Assembly (NCBI GenBank): GCA_021153265.1 | Contig: JAGKTU010000001.1 | Span: 9,936-73,935 of the forward strand | Direction: 5' to 3' | DNA: 64,000 bases | DNA from: Clostridia bacterium | GTDB lineage: Bacteria; Bacillota; Clostridia; Oscillospirales; Oscillospiraceae | Shown here: in pieces, positions 19,386 through 31,466 of the stretch | How the letters are laid out: each line of letters opens with the position of its first letter | Numbering within the stretch: position 1 is the stretch's first letter | Notes under the pieces: generated by a model | Database searches by the model: none | What the model saw: the letters and a program-made list of their open reading frames with translations, nothing else | What the model was told of the DNA's origin: nothing | Position numbers and translations under genes: made by a program

Positions 19386-20391
19386 GTTCCTTCACCGCCT
19401 TCCAGCCGATGTACAGAAGTATCGCCGAGATGATACTGCCGAGAGCGCACACAGAAGTGGCAGACATGGGTATCGTCACATCGGCATACACAGGCAGAAA
19501 GCCAAGGAACAAGCCGAATGTGAGGATACCAAAAGCCAAGCCGGGGGTATCGGGCATGTGTTTTGCCAGCAGGTACAAAGTCACAGGCATGCTCATGTTG
19601 AACAGCAGCAGTCCCAGCAGGCCGAAGATGGGATTCTCACCCAGCAGAAAACAGATGGATGCCAAAAGCAAGGAGCAGACCATAGTCCTGCCATGACCAA
19701 ATCGGGCGGAAGCAAATCCGCCGAGGGTCTTGCCTGAGGAAACTGCCAGAACAGCGAGAAATGGGACTGTGGCTTTCCAGTCAAAGTTCGTCTGGAAGCC
19801 TGTCCAAGAGCGGAGCACCACCACTGCAAAGCAGCACAGCAGCAAGATGGGAAATTTTTTAGGATTGGTGCTGGTGCTGATAATGGGTTCACGAGGCTGT
19901 CTTGTTAGCATAGCCGCAAGGAGGATTACGAGAACGGAAAGGGACAGCAACCATGAAAGTCGGTCGCCGGGATGTTTGCCCAAAATCGTGCCGAGGTACA
20001 AGCCCACTGCCCCGGGAGCGACGAAAACGCCCAAAGATCGGCCGCTGTGACCTTTTGCGAAGTCCTCGCAGATCACATCCAGACCCGCACCCACATGGAA
20101 CAGGGCATTGCCCACGCCGAGGATAGCCGGATGGGTGAAAACACCTGCGGTGGTGAGCGCCACGCCGGCAAATACCCAAATCTGGCCCAATCGGGGACGC
20201 AGGGAGTCGGAAACTCGGCTTCGCAGGACATCCAGCAGGATGCCCAGGGGCATTTGCAGGGCGAATGCGCAGAAATTGTAGATCAGATAATTCTGATAGG
20301 CACCGGATCCGGTTTGGAAGTTGCGGAAAATCCCCCATGCACACAGAAAATCCACAAAAAAGTGCATGACGGAATAAATTGCTGTGATCAT
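19369..20391 (-). CDS. MFS-like membrane protein
   Basis: About 11-12 TM, HFFVDF, YNFCAFALQMPLG, GNALFHVG, GKTLGGFASARFG (MFS motif-A-like). Confidence 0.7.
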   Translation of the reverse strand: MITAIYSVMHFFVDFLCAWGIFRNFQTGSGAYQNYLIYNFCAFALQMPLGILLDVLRSRVSDSLRPRLGQIWVFAGVALTTAGVFTHPAILGVGNALFHVGAGLDVICEDFAKGHSGRSLGVFVAPGAVGLYLGTILGKHPGDRLSWLLSLSVLVILLAAMLTRQPREPIISTSTNPKKFPILLLCCFAVVVLRSWTGFQTNFDWKATVPFLAVLAVSSGKTLGGFASARFGHGRTMVCSLLLASICFLLGENPIFGLLGLLLFNMSMPVTLYLLAKHMPDTPGLAFGILTFGLFLGFLPVYADVTIPMSATSVCALGSIISAILLYIGWKAVKEHAVSA

Positions 20392-20396
20392 AGATA

Positions 20397-20813
20397 TTAT
20401 CTTTCTTGTTCGGGAGAGGATGCTGTTTGTTTGTTTTTCCGGTAATGGATGATCTTTAGAATCACGCCAATCACCATTACAATTAGGACTTCAGCGCAGT
20501 CTAAATATACCCCCAACTCCCCGATGGCATAGGACAAGCCGTCATTGCTGATGCGGCTGGTATACAGATAGGTAGTTACGCACCCCATCAAAACCGTATA
20601 CAACGCCAACGCGATCTGCAGGAAGCAAAAGCCACCAATGCCGCTGCTTCGAAAATTCAAATACGAAACCGCAAGCATAAGCACCGGAAAAACCGCCAGA
20701 TCCCAAGACGCACCACAACGGAACTGGAGGACACCCACCACCATCGGGAATGCATTAATCAGCAGAAGCACAGGATAGCGAAACCAAGGTTTCCATGCTT
20801 TCAAGTTCGGCAT
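20397..20813 (-). CDS. Hypothetical 4-TM membrane protein
   Basis: ORF with RBS GAGGA between udp and the MFS-like gene. Confidence 0.6.
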   Translation of the reverse strand: MPNLKAWKPWFRYPVLLLINAFPMVVGVLQFRCGASWDLAVFPVLMLAVSYLNFRSSGIGGFCFLQIALALYTVLMGCVTTYLYTSRISNDGLSYAIGELGVYLDCAEVLIVMVIGVILKIIHYRKNKQTASSPEQER

Positions 20814-20825
20814 AACCGTATCCTC

Positions 20826-21596
20826 TTATTTTTTAGCCTGATCTGCGGCGATGATGCGCTTCATGGCTTCGATACCCACCTTGATGGCACCGGAGGTGTC
20901 CTCGGTCATCTTCATAAACAGACCGGCCTTCTCCCGTTCCTGATTCCACACGGCATGGAAGCAACTGCCACAGCGGACATTCAGCGCCGCTGCCACCACG
21001 AACAGAGCGGAAGACTCCATCTCACTGGCTTTGACACCAAGGCGCTTCCAGCTCTCCCACTTCTGGAGCAGGTCATAGTAGACAGGGGACTTTTCCGGGC
21101 TGTGCTGTCCATAGAAGGAATCCTTGCACTGCACAACGCCCACATGGGTACGGTAGCCCAGATCCTCGGAGGCAGCCTTCAGGGCTGCGGTGATGTCAAA
21201 ATCCGCCACTGCAGGGAACTCAATGGGTGCATACTCCAGCGAAGTATGCTCGAAACGGATGGCACCGCTGGCGACCACCACATCACCGGGGCAGACATCC
21301 ATATGAATACCGCCACAGGTGCCGATACGGATAAAAGTGTCCGCACCGATCGCTGCCAGCTCTTCCATGGCGATGGATGCGGAGGGACCACCGATGCCGG
21401 TAGAGCAGACGGTGACCTTCTCGCCGAGAAGCGTGCCGTTCCAGATGTTATACTCACGGTTCATGCCAAAGTGGACGGGGTTGTCGAAGTGCTTGGCAAT
21501 CGCCTCGCAGCGACCGGGATCGCCGGGGAGAAACACATAGCGGCCTACGTCGCCCTCGTTGGCCCGAATGTGAAATTGCATACCGATATCTTGCAT
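20826..21596 (-). CDS. udp: Uridine phosphorylase
   Basis: [31 protein letters not shown]. Confidence 0.93.
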   Translation of the reverse strand: MQDIGMQFHIRANEGDVGRYVFLPGDPGRCEAIAKHFDNPVHFGMNREYNIWNGTLLGEKVTVCSTGIGGPSASIAMEELAAIGADTFIRIGTCGGIHMDVCPGDVVVASGAIRFEHTSLEYAPIEFPAVADFDITAALKAASEDLGYRTHVGVVQCKDSFYGQHSPEKSPVYYDLLQKWESWKRLGVKASEMESSALFVVAAALNVRCGSCFHAVWNQEREKAGLFMKMTEDTSGAIKVGIEAMKRIIAADQAKK

Positions 21597-21702
21597 ATAA
21601 ATCACCCTTTTGTATAAAATATATAAAACATTGTAGCACATACCATGGCATAATGCAAGAAAAATCCGGGACGCACCAAAATGTACGTCCCGGAACATTT
21701 AT

Positions 21703-24700
21703 TTAGAAGAAACTGACCTGACTGGTGTCCGGCAGATCACCAAATGCGCCTGCATCCTTGAGCATCTGCATATGGGTCTTGGAGACCTTGGGGCAAGCCA
21801 GAGCCACTTCCTCCACGGAGAGGAACTGTTTGCCCTTTCTGCCCTCCATCAAATCCCATGCCGCACTTTCGCCCAGACCGGAGATAGCAACGAAGGGCGG
21901 CAAAATCTTGCCGTCTTTGATGAGGAATTTGGTGGCGTGGCTTTCGTACAGGGAGATGGGTGCGAATTCGAAGCCCCGGAGGTAGAATTCGTAGACCACT
22001 TCCAATGTCGTCAGCAGGTCTTCGTCCTTAGCGGTGGCATCCTCGTTATTATCGATGGCGTCGATGTTGGCAAGGACGGACTCCATGCCACCGGTCATCA
22101 AGGTGGCATCAAAGCCGCCCTTCTGACTACGGCGGTAGAAATAGGCCGCGTAGAAAGCCAGAGGATGATAAACTTTAAACCATGCGATACGGAATGCCAT
22201 CATGCAATAAGCCACGGCGTGGGCCTTGGGGAACAGATACTTGATCTTCTTGCAGGAGGTGATATACCAGTCGGGAACGCCGGCGGCTACCATTTCCTCC
22301 TCCGCGCCGGGAGGCAGTCCCCTGCCCTTTCGGACAGACTCCATGATCTTAAATGCCCGTTTATCCGGCATGCCGCAGGAGATCAGATAGATCATGATAT
22401 CGTCACGGGCGCCAATGGTCTGGTCAACGGTGGCAGTCTTGGAGTTGATCAGATCCTTTGCATTGCCCAGCCACACGTCGGTACCATGGGTGTAGCCACA
22501 GATACGAACCAGAAAATCGAACTTATCCGGCAGGGTATCCAACAGAACGCCTCGTGTAAACCGGGTATTGAACTCGGGAACACCAACTGCACCGGTGGGG
22601 CCAAGGAGTTTATCATTCTCGTAGCCGAGGATCTTGGAGGAGGTAAAGATGGACATGGTGCCTTTATCGTCCAAGGGGATGGTCTTGGCATCCACACCGG
22701 TCATGTCCTCCATCATGCGGATCATGGTGGGGTCATCGTGACCCAGCATGTCCAGTTTCAGGAGGTTCTCTTCCATGGAGTGGTATTCAAAATGGGTGGT
22801 GATCTGGTCGGAGGTGGGGTCTTCCGCCGGGTGCTGGACGGGACAGAAGTCCCAAATCTCATTCTCCTGAGGGATGACCACCAGACCACCGGGGTGCTGG
22901 CCTGTGGTACGGCGGACACCGACACAACCGGAGGCCAGTCTGGCTTCCTCTGCCTTGGATGCGGTTTTATTTCGCTCCTGCAGGTACTTCTTCACATAGC
23001 CAAAAGCAGTCTTCTCAGCCACCGTACCGATGGTGCCGGCACGGAAGACGTGGGAAGCACCGAACATGGAAATACAATATTTATGGGCCTCTGCCTGATA
23101 TTCACCGGAGAAGTTCAGGTCGATATCCGGAACTTTGTCGCCGCCGAAACCCAGGAATGTCTCGAAGGGGATATTGAAGCCGTCCTTTTCCAACTGCGTA
23201 CCGCACAGGGGGCACAGGGCATCGGGGAGGTCCGCGCCGCAGTTGAATTCCTTGGGAACATCCAGGATCGTATGTTTGCATTCGGGATTGGGGCAGCGGT
23301 AGTGGGGCGGGAAGGAGTTAACTTCCGTAATGCCGGACATGAAGGCCACAATGGAGGAACCGACAGAGCCACGGGAGCCAACCAGATAGCCGTTCTCCAG
23401 AGAGTTCTGCACTAGCCGCTGGGCGGACATATAAATCACGTCATAGTGGCAGGAGATGATATCGTGCAGCTCGGTTTCCACACGTTTGACGAATAATTCC
23501 GGAGGATTATCGCCGTAAAGGCGGTGGAATTTACCGTAAACCAGACTCTTCAGATCTTCCACGGAGTTCTCGATCTTGGGTGCGAAGAGGTTGTGGGGAA
23601 CGGGACGGAGAGATTCGCACATATCGGCGATGAGATTGGGGTTTTTCACCACGATCTCATGAGCCTTCTCTTCGCCGAGATAGGAGAATTCTGCCAGCAT
23701 TTCGTCGGTAGTACGAAGATACAGAGGATTATCCTTGTCCGCATCCTTAAATCCCTTGGTAGCCAGCAGAATGTGGCGGAAGATCTCGTCCTCGGGGTTT
23801 AAGAAGTGGACATCGCCGGTAGCGACCACCATTTTACCCATTTCTTCGCCCAGACGGACGATGGTGCGGTTCAAATTCCGAAGGTCCTCGTCATTGTGGA
23901 CGGGAATCTTTTCTTCTGCGATCATGAAACGGTTGTTGGAGATGGGCTGAACCTCCAGATAGTCGTAGAAAGAGGCGATTCGCTTCAGTTCTTCGTCACT
24001 TCTGCCCTTCAGCACAGCCTGAAACAGCTCATTATTTTCGCAGGCAGAGCCGATGATCAAGCCCTCGCGATGCTTGATCAGCTCAGACTTCAGGATTCGG
24101 GGTACCCGGCGGAAATGGTACAGATTGGCCTCAGAAATCAGCTGATAGAGGTTTCGCAGGCCGATCTGGTTCTTGGCAAAGAGGATGATATGCTGGGCGT
24201 AGCGCTCGTCGCTTCTAAGCTGGGCGCGGACCTTCTCCATGGCAGGATTGATCTGCTGGAGATTCTGCAGGCCCTGCTCTTTCAGCATATCCATGAATTT
24301 CGCCATGATCATGCCGCAGGTGACAGCATCATCGGCGGCACGGTGGTGGTTGAATTCCGGCAGACTGAGCGCATCGGCAACGATGTTCAGCTTATGACGG
24401 TTCAGCTTGGTCATCAAATTCTGGGACAGTACCAGAGTGTCCGCAGAGGTATAGGTGTAGGGATGTCCAAGCTTTTTGCAGGCTTCCCGGATGAAAGCGG
24501 TGTCGAAATCCGCGTTGTGGGCAACCAGAACACGGCCATCCACGAAGTTCAGGAACTCGGGCAGAGCCTTCTCGATGGAGGGTGCGCCCACGAGCATATC
24601 ATCGGTGATGCCGGTAAGGTCGGTGGTTTCCTTTAATAGCTTTCGATGGGGGTCGACAAAGGTCTGGTAACGGGCCACTTCCCTGCCCTGCTTCATGACA

Positions 24701-26019
24701 ACAGCGCCAATCTCGATGATCTCGTCGGTTCTGGGGGAAAGGCCTGTGGTCTCCAGGTCAAAGGCCACAAATTCATCGTCGAAGGAGATGTCCTGTGCGC
24801 CATGAACCACGATCTTATCGTCCACATCGTTGACGTAGTAGCCCTCGCAGCCGTAAAGGATCTTGATGGTTTCATCCGTTCCGGCGACTTTGGGAGGCCC
24901 TTTCCAGTCTTCCACCACATGCAGCGCATCGGTAAAGGACTGAACACAGCCGTGGTCGGTGATGGCGATGGCCTTATGGCCCCATGCTGCCGCCTGCTTG
25001 ATAGCGGCTTTGGTACTGGTGAGGGCGTCCATGTTACTCATAGAGGTATGCAGGTGCAGTTCGATGCGCTTCATGCCCTCGGCGGTGTCCTTCCGCTTGG
25101 GCATGGAGCCTGGCATCATAGAGAAGGGCTTGAGAACCATCTCATTATCGTAGCGATTCAGCTCCAACTTGCCCTGCACCTTCAAAACGTTGCCAACTTT
25201 GACATTTTCCAAGATAGGCTTGGCTTCGCCAGCTTCCATGAAGCGATTGATGCGGACGGAGCCGGTATTATCGGTCATGTCAAAGCTGATGACCCATGCG
25301 TTGCGCTTTTTCAGTTCCTTATGGTCTACGGCGAAAACACGACCTTCCACCAGGACGCTGCCCATATCCAGATTCAGCTCCTTCATGGGTACGGGCGTAC
25401 CCTTGAAAGGCTTGCCGAAGAAGGTTTCGCTGGGTGCTGCAGCAGCTTTCTCCTGCTTGGCAGGTGCTGCGCCACTAACCGGAATGGCTGCCATGAGGGA
25501 ATTTCGCATGGAGGCCATGGCGTCGAAGAGTTCCTGTCCTTCCAGCGCCTTTCCAGCCTCGATACGGATCTGAACCGGGGTAGCAAAGCGCTCCTGCAGA
25601 GCGGTCTGAACCTGAGGAATCAGTTCTTCCAGAAGCTGCTTGCCGTTGGCAAGGAGTTTTACCGTCAAGGTCTCTCCTTCCCACGCCCATTGCGCTCCGG
25701 CAAGAGAGCCACGGGTCATGGAATTGCGGCTGACAAAGAGCTGCATCAGCTCCTGATGTTCGATCTTTTGCAGTTCGGTTGCCGGGTGGGTGGCAGTGAG
25801 TTCCAACTTGCGCAGACCGTACAAGGAAGTAATGTCCTTGGCAGCCTGATCCAGCAGTCGCTGGGGTATGTAGTTTGCAGCATGGAGGGCAACCTCCACT
25901 GCCCGGGTTTCGGGGTCGATATCCGCAGCTACGATAGCCGCCTGAGAAAGAGCGGCAATCAGCTCCTCAGGCGGCTCGTAGTCCGGAAACATATTCAAAA
26001 GAAATACTTTGTTTTCCAT
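21703..26019 (-). CDS. polC: DNA polymerase III subunit alpha, PolC type
   Basis: OB fold, PHP (HLHT, AITDHG), embedded exonuclease (DLETTG, HNADFD, HRAADDA), SRGSVGSS, PDIDLNFSGE, KYLFPKAHA. Confidence 0.98.
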   Translation of the reverse strand: MENKVFLLNMFPDYEPPEELIAALSQAAIVAADIDPETRAVEVALHAANYIPQRLLDQAAKDITSLYGLRKLELTATHPATELQKIEHQELMQLFVSRNSMTRGSLAGAQWAWEGETLTVKLLANGKQLLEELIPQVQTALQERFATPVQIRIEAGKALEGQELFDAMASMRNSLMAAIPVSGAAPAKQEKAAAAPSETFFGKPFKGTPVPMKELNLDMGSVLVEGRVFAVDHKELKKRNAWVISFDMTDNTGSVRINRFMEAGEAKPILENVKVGNVLKVQGKLELNRYDNEMVLKPFSMMPGSMPKRKDTAEGMKRIELHLHTSMSNMDALTSTKAAIKQAAAWGHKAIAITDHGCVQSFTDALHVVEDWKGPPKVAGTDETIKILYGCEGYYVNDVDDKIVVHGAQDISFDDEFVAFDLETTGLSPRTDEIIEIGAVVMKQGREVARYQTFVDPHRKLLKETTDLTGITDDMLVGAPSIEKALPEFLNFVDGRVLVAHNADFDTAFIREACKKLGHPYTYTSADTLVLSQNLMTKLNRHKLNIVADALSLPEFNHHRAADDAVTCGMIMAKFMDMLKEQGLQNLQQINPAMEKVRAQLRSDERYAQHIILFAKNQIGLRNLYQLISEANLYHFRRVPRILKSELIKHREGLIIGSACENNELFQAVLKGRSDEELKRIASFYDYLEVQPISNNRFMIAEEKIPVHNDEDLRNLNRTIVRLGEEMGKMVVATGDVHFLNPEDEIFRHILLATKGFKDADKDNPLYLRTTDEMLAEFSYLGEEKAHEIVVKNPNLIADMCESLRPVPHNLFAPKIENSVEDLKSLVYGKFHRLYGDNPPELFVKRVETELHDIISCHYDVIYMSAQRLVQNSLENGYLVGSRGSVGSSIVAFMSGITEVNSFPPHYRCPNPECKHTILDVPKEFNCGADLPDALCPLCGTQLEKDGFNIPFETFLGFGGDKVPDIDLNFSGEYQAEAHKYCISMFGASHVFRAGTIGTVAEKTAFGYVKKYLQERNKTASKAEEARLASGCVGVRRTTGQHPGGLVVIPQENEIWDFCPVQHPAEDPTSDQITTHFEYHSMEENLLKLDMLGHDDPTMIRMMEDMTGVDAKTIPLDDKGTMSIFTSSKILGYENDKLLGPTGAVGVPEFNTRFTRGVLLDTLPDKFDFLVRICGYTHGTDVWLGNAKDLINSKTATVDQTIGARDDIMIYLISCGMPDKRAFKIMESVRKGRGLPPGAEEEMVAAGVPDWYITSCKKIKYLFPKAHAVAYCMMAFRIAWFKVYHPLAFYAAYFYRRSQKGGFDATLMTGGMESVLANIDAIDNNEDATAKDEDLLTTLEVVYEFYLRGFEFAPISLYESHATKFLIKDGKILPPFVAISGLGESAAWDLMEGRKGKQFLSVEEVALACPKVSKTHMQMLKDAGAFGDLPDTSQVSFF

Positions 26020-26024
26020 AGTAA

Positions 26025-27067
<1,043 letters not shown>

Positions 27068-27068
<1 letters not shown>

Positions 27069-28132
27069 TACCTCTGTACGATTACAAAAATATCCTTAAA
27101 CAAAATAATTGCCATAAGGGCAAGGAGCAGGATCATGCCTGCACCATGAAGATACCCCTCATATTTGGGATTGATCTTCTTCTTAGTGATGGCTTCCACG
27201 GCTGTGGTCAGCAGAAGACCAACCACACGTCCGCCGTCCAACGCAGGAATCGGGAGAAGATTCATAATACCCAAGTTCACGGCAATGAACGCGCCAATGA
27301 ACAGCAGGTTCAGAATAGCAGCTGCCGCAGAACCGGAAGCAGCAACTGTATCACTCATCATGGATACGATGCCCACGGGACCTGACATATCCTTCAGACC
27401 TGCTTCACCGGAGACAATCATTCCCAGGCTCATCCAGACAAGCTTACCGAAGTAAACGCAATCATCGAAGGACTGCTTGATCACTTCCGGGAAGGTCAGG
27501 CTGCGCGTCTGCCACTGAATACCGTAGAACACACCTGCTTCGCCCTCTTCGTTAGCGGGAAATTCCTTCGGGACCATGGGCACAGCTTCCAGAAGAAGTT
27601 GCTGACCGTCACGGCGCACCAGAACATCAAACTCCGTCACGGAAGGATCATTCTGAAGGATTTCGTTAAAGTCAGTGGTGCTTTCCACTATGCTCCCACC
27701 CATTTCCAAAATCTCATCGCCAGCCCGCAGACCGCCTTCGCAGGCGAGGCTGCTGCCGGTACGCAGGTTTTCGATCTGAGGGATGGGGGCAGCGGTGAAA
27801 GAATTGACAATGGCCACAATAAGGAAGCCCGTAATCAGGTTCATAGCAGAGCCTGCCACCAGAATGATCAGGCGCTTCCACCATGCAGCTTTCTGGAAAG
27901 AGCGGGGATTTTCCGTATCCGCGTCCTCGCCCTCCATGGCGCAGTAGCCGCCAATGGGGATACAACGCAGAGCATACAAGGTCTCCCCTACCTGCTTTTT
28001 CCAGATGGCAGGGCCCATGAACATGGAAAATTCATTGACCTGAACACCGGAGAGCTTGGCTGCCACAAAGTGACCCAACTCGTGGACAAAGATCAGGAGG
28101 CTAAACAAGAGAATTCCGAAAATAATCGTCAT
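27068..28132 (-). CDS. rseP: RIP metalloprotease RseP (site-2 protease with PDZ)
   Basis: HELGH, PIGGYC, NLLPIPALDGG. Confidence 0.95.
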
Positions 28133-28140
28133 AGAAGTCC

Positions 28141-29295
28141 TCACTTTATCGCGGCAAGATGGCGCACTGCCTCTCTTGCCAGCCGGTCGGCTTCCAGAAT
28201 TTCCTCCAAAGTGGGATTATCCCGGAACGGAACCGCTTCCACAGCTCCGGCAACCAGCTCATAAATGTCATAGAAGCCGATTTTATCATCTAAGAACAGT
28301 GCAACCGCTTCCTCATTGGCACCGTTCATGGCAGGACAGGCTGTGCCGCCCCGCTTACCGCAGTCCATAGCCAATGCCAGACAGGGGAAATTCTCCAAAT
28401 CGGGCTTGGTGAAGGTCAGCGCGCCGCAGGTGGTCAGATCCAATGCATCCACAGGGCATTCCAGCCGCTCGGGATAGGTCAGCGCCAGCTGGATGGGCAG
28501 GCGCATATCCGGTGCGCCAAGCTGGGCCATCACAGCACCGTCCACATACTCCACCATGGAGTGGACGATTGATTGGCGATGCACCAGCACATCCACCTTT
28601 TCCAGAGGCATGCGGTACAGGCGCATGGCTTCGATGACTTCCAGACCCTTGTTCATCAGGGTAGCACAGTCGATGGTGATTTTTGCACCCATCTTCCAGT
28701 TGGGGTGCTTCAAAGCGTCTGATTTGGTCACGGACTTCAGCTGCTCCCGTTCCATTCCATAGAATGGGCCGCCGGAGCAGGTCAGAATCAGCTTCTTTAC
28801 TTCGCTACGATTGGAATTTCCCATCAAACACTGGAAAATTGCGGAATGCTCAGAGTCCACGGGGATGATCTCCGCGCCGTAGGCTTCTGCCTCAGCCATG
28901 ACCAGTTCGCCGGCACAGACCAAAGTCTCCTTATTGGCAAGACCGATGCGTTTCTTCGCGCGGATGGCAGCGAGGGTGGGCTTCAGACCCACCATGCCCA
29001 CAACTGCAGTGATCACGCAGTCCGCTTCCGGGATGGTAGCAGCTTCAACGAGACCATCCTCACCCCACATAACGCGGATGGGCAGGTCGGAAATCTGCTG
29101 GGACAGGGCATCAGCGGCTTCTTCCGTAGCCATGACTGCCAAGGCAGGTCGAAACTCCCGGCACTGCTGAGCCATCAGCTCCACGCTGGTACCTGCTGTC
29201 AATGCCGCCACCCGAATAGGGAGGCGGCTGATAATATCTAAGCTCTGGCGGCCGATGGAGCCGGTAGAGCCTAAAACACTGACACAATTCATCAT
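28141..29295 (-). CDS. dxr: 1-deoxy-D-xylulose-5-phosphate reductoisomerase
   Basis: LGSTGSIG, LANKE, PVDSEHSAI, HPNWKMG, NKGLE. Confidence 0.97.
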   Translation of the reverse strand: MMNCVSVLGSTGSIGRQSLDIISRLPIRVAALTAGTSVELMAQQCREFRPALAVMATEEAADALSQQISDLPIRVMWGEDGLVEAATIPEADCVITAVVGMVGLKPTLAAIRAKKRIGLANKETLVCAGELVMAEAEAYGAEIIPVDSEHSAIFQCLMGNSNRSEVKKLILTCSGGPFYGMEREQLKSVTKSDALKHPNWKMGAKITIDCATLMNKGLEVIEAMRLYRMPLEKVDVLVHRQSIVHSMVEYVDGAVMAQLGAPDMRLPIQLALTYPERLECPVDALDLTTCGALTFTKPDLENFPCLALAMDCGKRGGTACPAMNGANEEAVALFLDDKIGFYDIYELVAGAVEAVPFRDNPTLEEILEADRLAREAVRHLAAIK

Positions 29296-29299
29296 ACGC

Positions 29300-30106
29300 T
29301 TACACCAAGGGGAGCAGAACCAGCAGAGCCTCCATCAGAGGCGCCACGGTCACGATGGAATCGAAGCGGTCCAGAACACCGCCATGGCCGGGGATCAAAT
29401 TACCATAGTCCTTGATGCCGGTCTGGCGCTTGATCACAGAGAAGCACAGATCGCCGAAGGTTCCGGCGGCAGAGGCCAGCAGACCATAGAGGATCGCCAG
29501 ACCAAAATTGACCTCAAAATTAAGAAGCATCAGAATCAGGCTGTAAAGAAGCATGCCCACAATACTGCCAACCAAACCACCCAGCAGACCCTCGATGGTC
29601 TTATTGGGGCTGACAACAGGAGCCAACTTATGCTTGCCATAGCGGATACCCACAAAATAAGCACCGGTATCGTTCATGAAACCGGCCACAAAGGGGATCA
29701 GAATCAGATACTTACCCACCTTCAGCATCAAAATGCGGATCAGTGCCGACAGCAGGTACGGAATGACCAGTCCGGCAACGATGCACAGAGCCAGCATCTC
29801 AATGCGGATCTTCACATGGTCAGACATCATCTCCGCAAACAGAGCGATAAAGAAAATGAGAATGCCAAGGACCGCGTAGGCATGCACTGCGCCAAAGTAG
29901 CTCCACAGACAAACAGCAAACGCCATCGCCGCAGAGTAGGCCACCAGACGGGGATGCCGTACCAGCTCCGTTCCGTAGAGCAGCTCATATGCGCCAATGG
30001 CAAGCAGTAAACCAAACACCACGGCAGCTACGATCTTTGGCGCCGCCAATACGATCAGCAGCATTACCGGAACTAAGACGGCAGCTGCAATCACGCGAGT
30101 TTTCAT
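29300..30106 (-). CDS. cdsA: Phosphatidate cytidylyltransferase
   Basis: DTGAY, SPNKTIEG, KRQTGIKDYGNLIPGHGGVLDRFD. Confidence 0.96.
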   Translation of the reverse strand: MKTRVIAAAVLVPVMLLIVLAAPKIVAAVVFGLLLAIGAYELLYGTELVRHPRLVAYSAAMAFAVCLWSYFGAVHAYAVLGILIFFIALFAEMMSDHVKIRIEMLALCIVAGLVIPYLLSALIRILMLKVGKYLILIPFVAGFMNDTGAYFVGIRYGKHKLAPVVSPNKTIEGLLGGLVGSIVGMLLYSLILMLLNFEVNFGLAILYGLLASAAGTFGDLCFSVIKRQTGIKDYGNLIPGHGGVLDRFDSIVTVAPLMEALLVLLPLV

Positions 30107-30111
30107 GGTAA

Positions 30112-30825
30112 TTATGTCCCTCCAAAACGGCGGTTGCGCCGCTGATATTCTGCAATGGCCTCGTCTAAGTCCTTCGGACCAAAATCGGGCCACAGTACAT
30201 TCATAAACACAAATTCAGAGTACGCAGACTGCCACAGCAGGAAATTGCTGGTTCGCAGTTCACCGGAGGGGCGGATGATCAGCTCCGGGTCGGGTACATC
30301 CTTGGAATAAAGATAAGTTGACAACAGTTCTTCCGTCAGATCGGAGCTGCTGTACTTGCCCTCTGCCACATCCTGCGCAAAAGCACGGGCAGCGCGGACG
30401 ATCTCATCCCGTCCACCGTAGTTCAGGCAAAAATTCACCTGGACATCATAATCTGCAGACTGATCCACCGCTTCGCTGCAGAGTTTCTGCAATTGGGGAC
30501 TCAGTCGGCTCAAATCGCCAAAAAAACGGAAGCAGACACGGTTTTTCTCCATGTCCCGGAGGGCTTCCTGCAAATACTTGCCCAGAAGGCGCATGATGCC
30601 CCCCACTTCTTCCTCGGAGCGCTTCCAGTTCTCCGTGGAAAATGCATAGACCGTCAGATATTTTACGCCCAGCGTGCGGCAATAATTGGCGATCTTACGA
30701 AACGCCTCCGCGCCGGCGGCGTGTCCGGCGGTGCGGGGTAAACCCCGTTTCTTGGCCCAACGGCCGTTGCCATCCATGATGATGGCGATGTGCTGTGGAA
30801 TCGGGTTGTTTTCAGAAAGTGCCAT
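30112..30825 (-). CDS. uppS: Undecaprenyl diphosphate synthase
   Basis: IMDGNGRW, FSTENW, NYGGR, RPSGE.RTSNFLLWQ. Confidence 0.97.
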   Translation of the reverse strand: MALSENNPIPQHIAIIMDGNGRWAKKRGLPRTAGHAAGAEAFRKIANYCRTLGVKYLTVYAFSTENWKRSEEEVGGIMRLLGKYLQEALRDMEKNRVCFRFFGDLSRLSPQLQKLCSEAVDQSADYDVQVNFCLNYGGRDEIVRAARAFAQDVAEGKYSSSDLTEELLSTYLYSKDVPDPELIIRPSGELRTSNFLLWQSAYSEFVFMNVLWPDFGPKDLDEAIAEYQRRNRRFGGT

Positions 30826-30892
30826 AGAGCACCTCTTTCTTTCAAAATATGCTGATTTGGGGGCGCAGGGCGCGCCCCCAATGTAACAGGCT

Positions 30893-31447
30893 TTAGATAG
30901 CCATCAGTTCCTTTTCCTTGGCTGCCAGAGCAACATCAACCTTCTTAATGTTCTTATCCAGCAGATCCTGCAGATCCTTCTCGGCCTTCTTCTGATCGTC
31001 CTCGGTGATCTCGTTAGTTTTCTTCAGCTTCTTGACGTAGTCCATGCCGTCACGGCGGATGTTACGCATGGCGACCTTGGCGTCCTCGGCGTACTTCTTG
31101 ACCTGCTTGGCCAGATCCTTACGACGCTCCTCGGTCAGCTGAGGGAAAGTCAGACGGATGACACGGCCATCGTTCTGGGGGTTGATGCCCAGATCAGACA
31201 TCTGGATGGCCTTGGCGATATCCTTCAGCAGCTTGGTATCCCAGGGCTGCACCACCAGAGTACGGGCATCGGGGGAGGAAATGGTTGCAACACCGTTCAG
31301 GGGTGTCTCACTACCATAGTATTCCACGCTGATGCGGTCCAGAACCTTTGCATTGGCACGGCCTGCGCGAACTGCGCCAAACTCGTCCTGCAAATGGTCC
31401 AGTGCCTTGTCCATTCTTCTTGCGTAATCCTTAAAGTCGACTGCCAT
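30893..31447 (-). CDS. frr: Ribosome recycling factor
   Basis: VRAGRA, P.LTEERRK, RNIRRD. RBS AAGGAGG. Confidence 0.97.
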   Translation of the reverse strand: MAVDFKDYARRMDKALDHLQDEFGAVRAGRANAKVLDRISVEYYGSETPLNGVATISSPDARTLVVQPWDTKLLKDIAKAIQMSDLGINPQNDGRVIRLTFPQLTEERRKDLAKQVKKYAEDAKVAMRNIRRDGMDYVKKLKKTNEITEDDQKKAEKDLQDLLDKNIKKVDVALAAKEKELMAI

Positions 31448-31466
31448 AGTGATATCCTCCTTAAAA

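Noticed and set aside
21703-26019. Intein or intron in polC
   Set aside because: Length (1438 aa) and motif order are normal, with no intein or LAGLIDADG signature seen.
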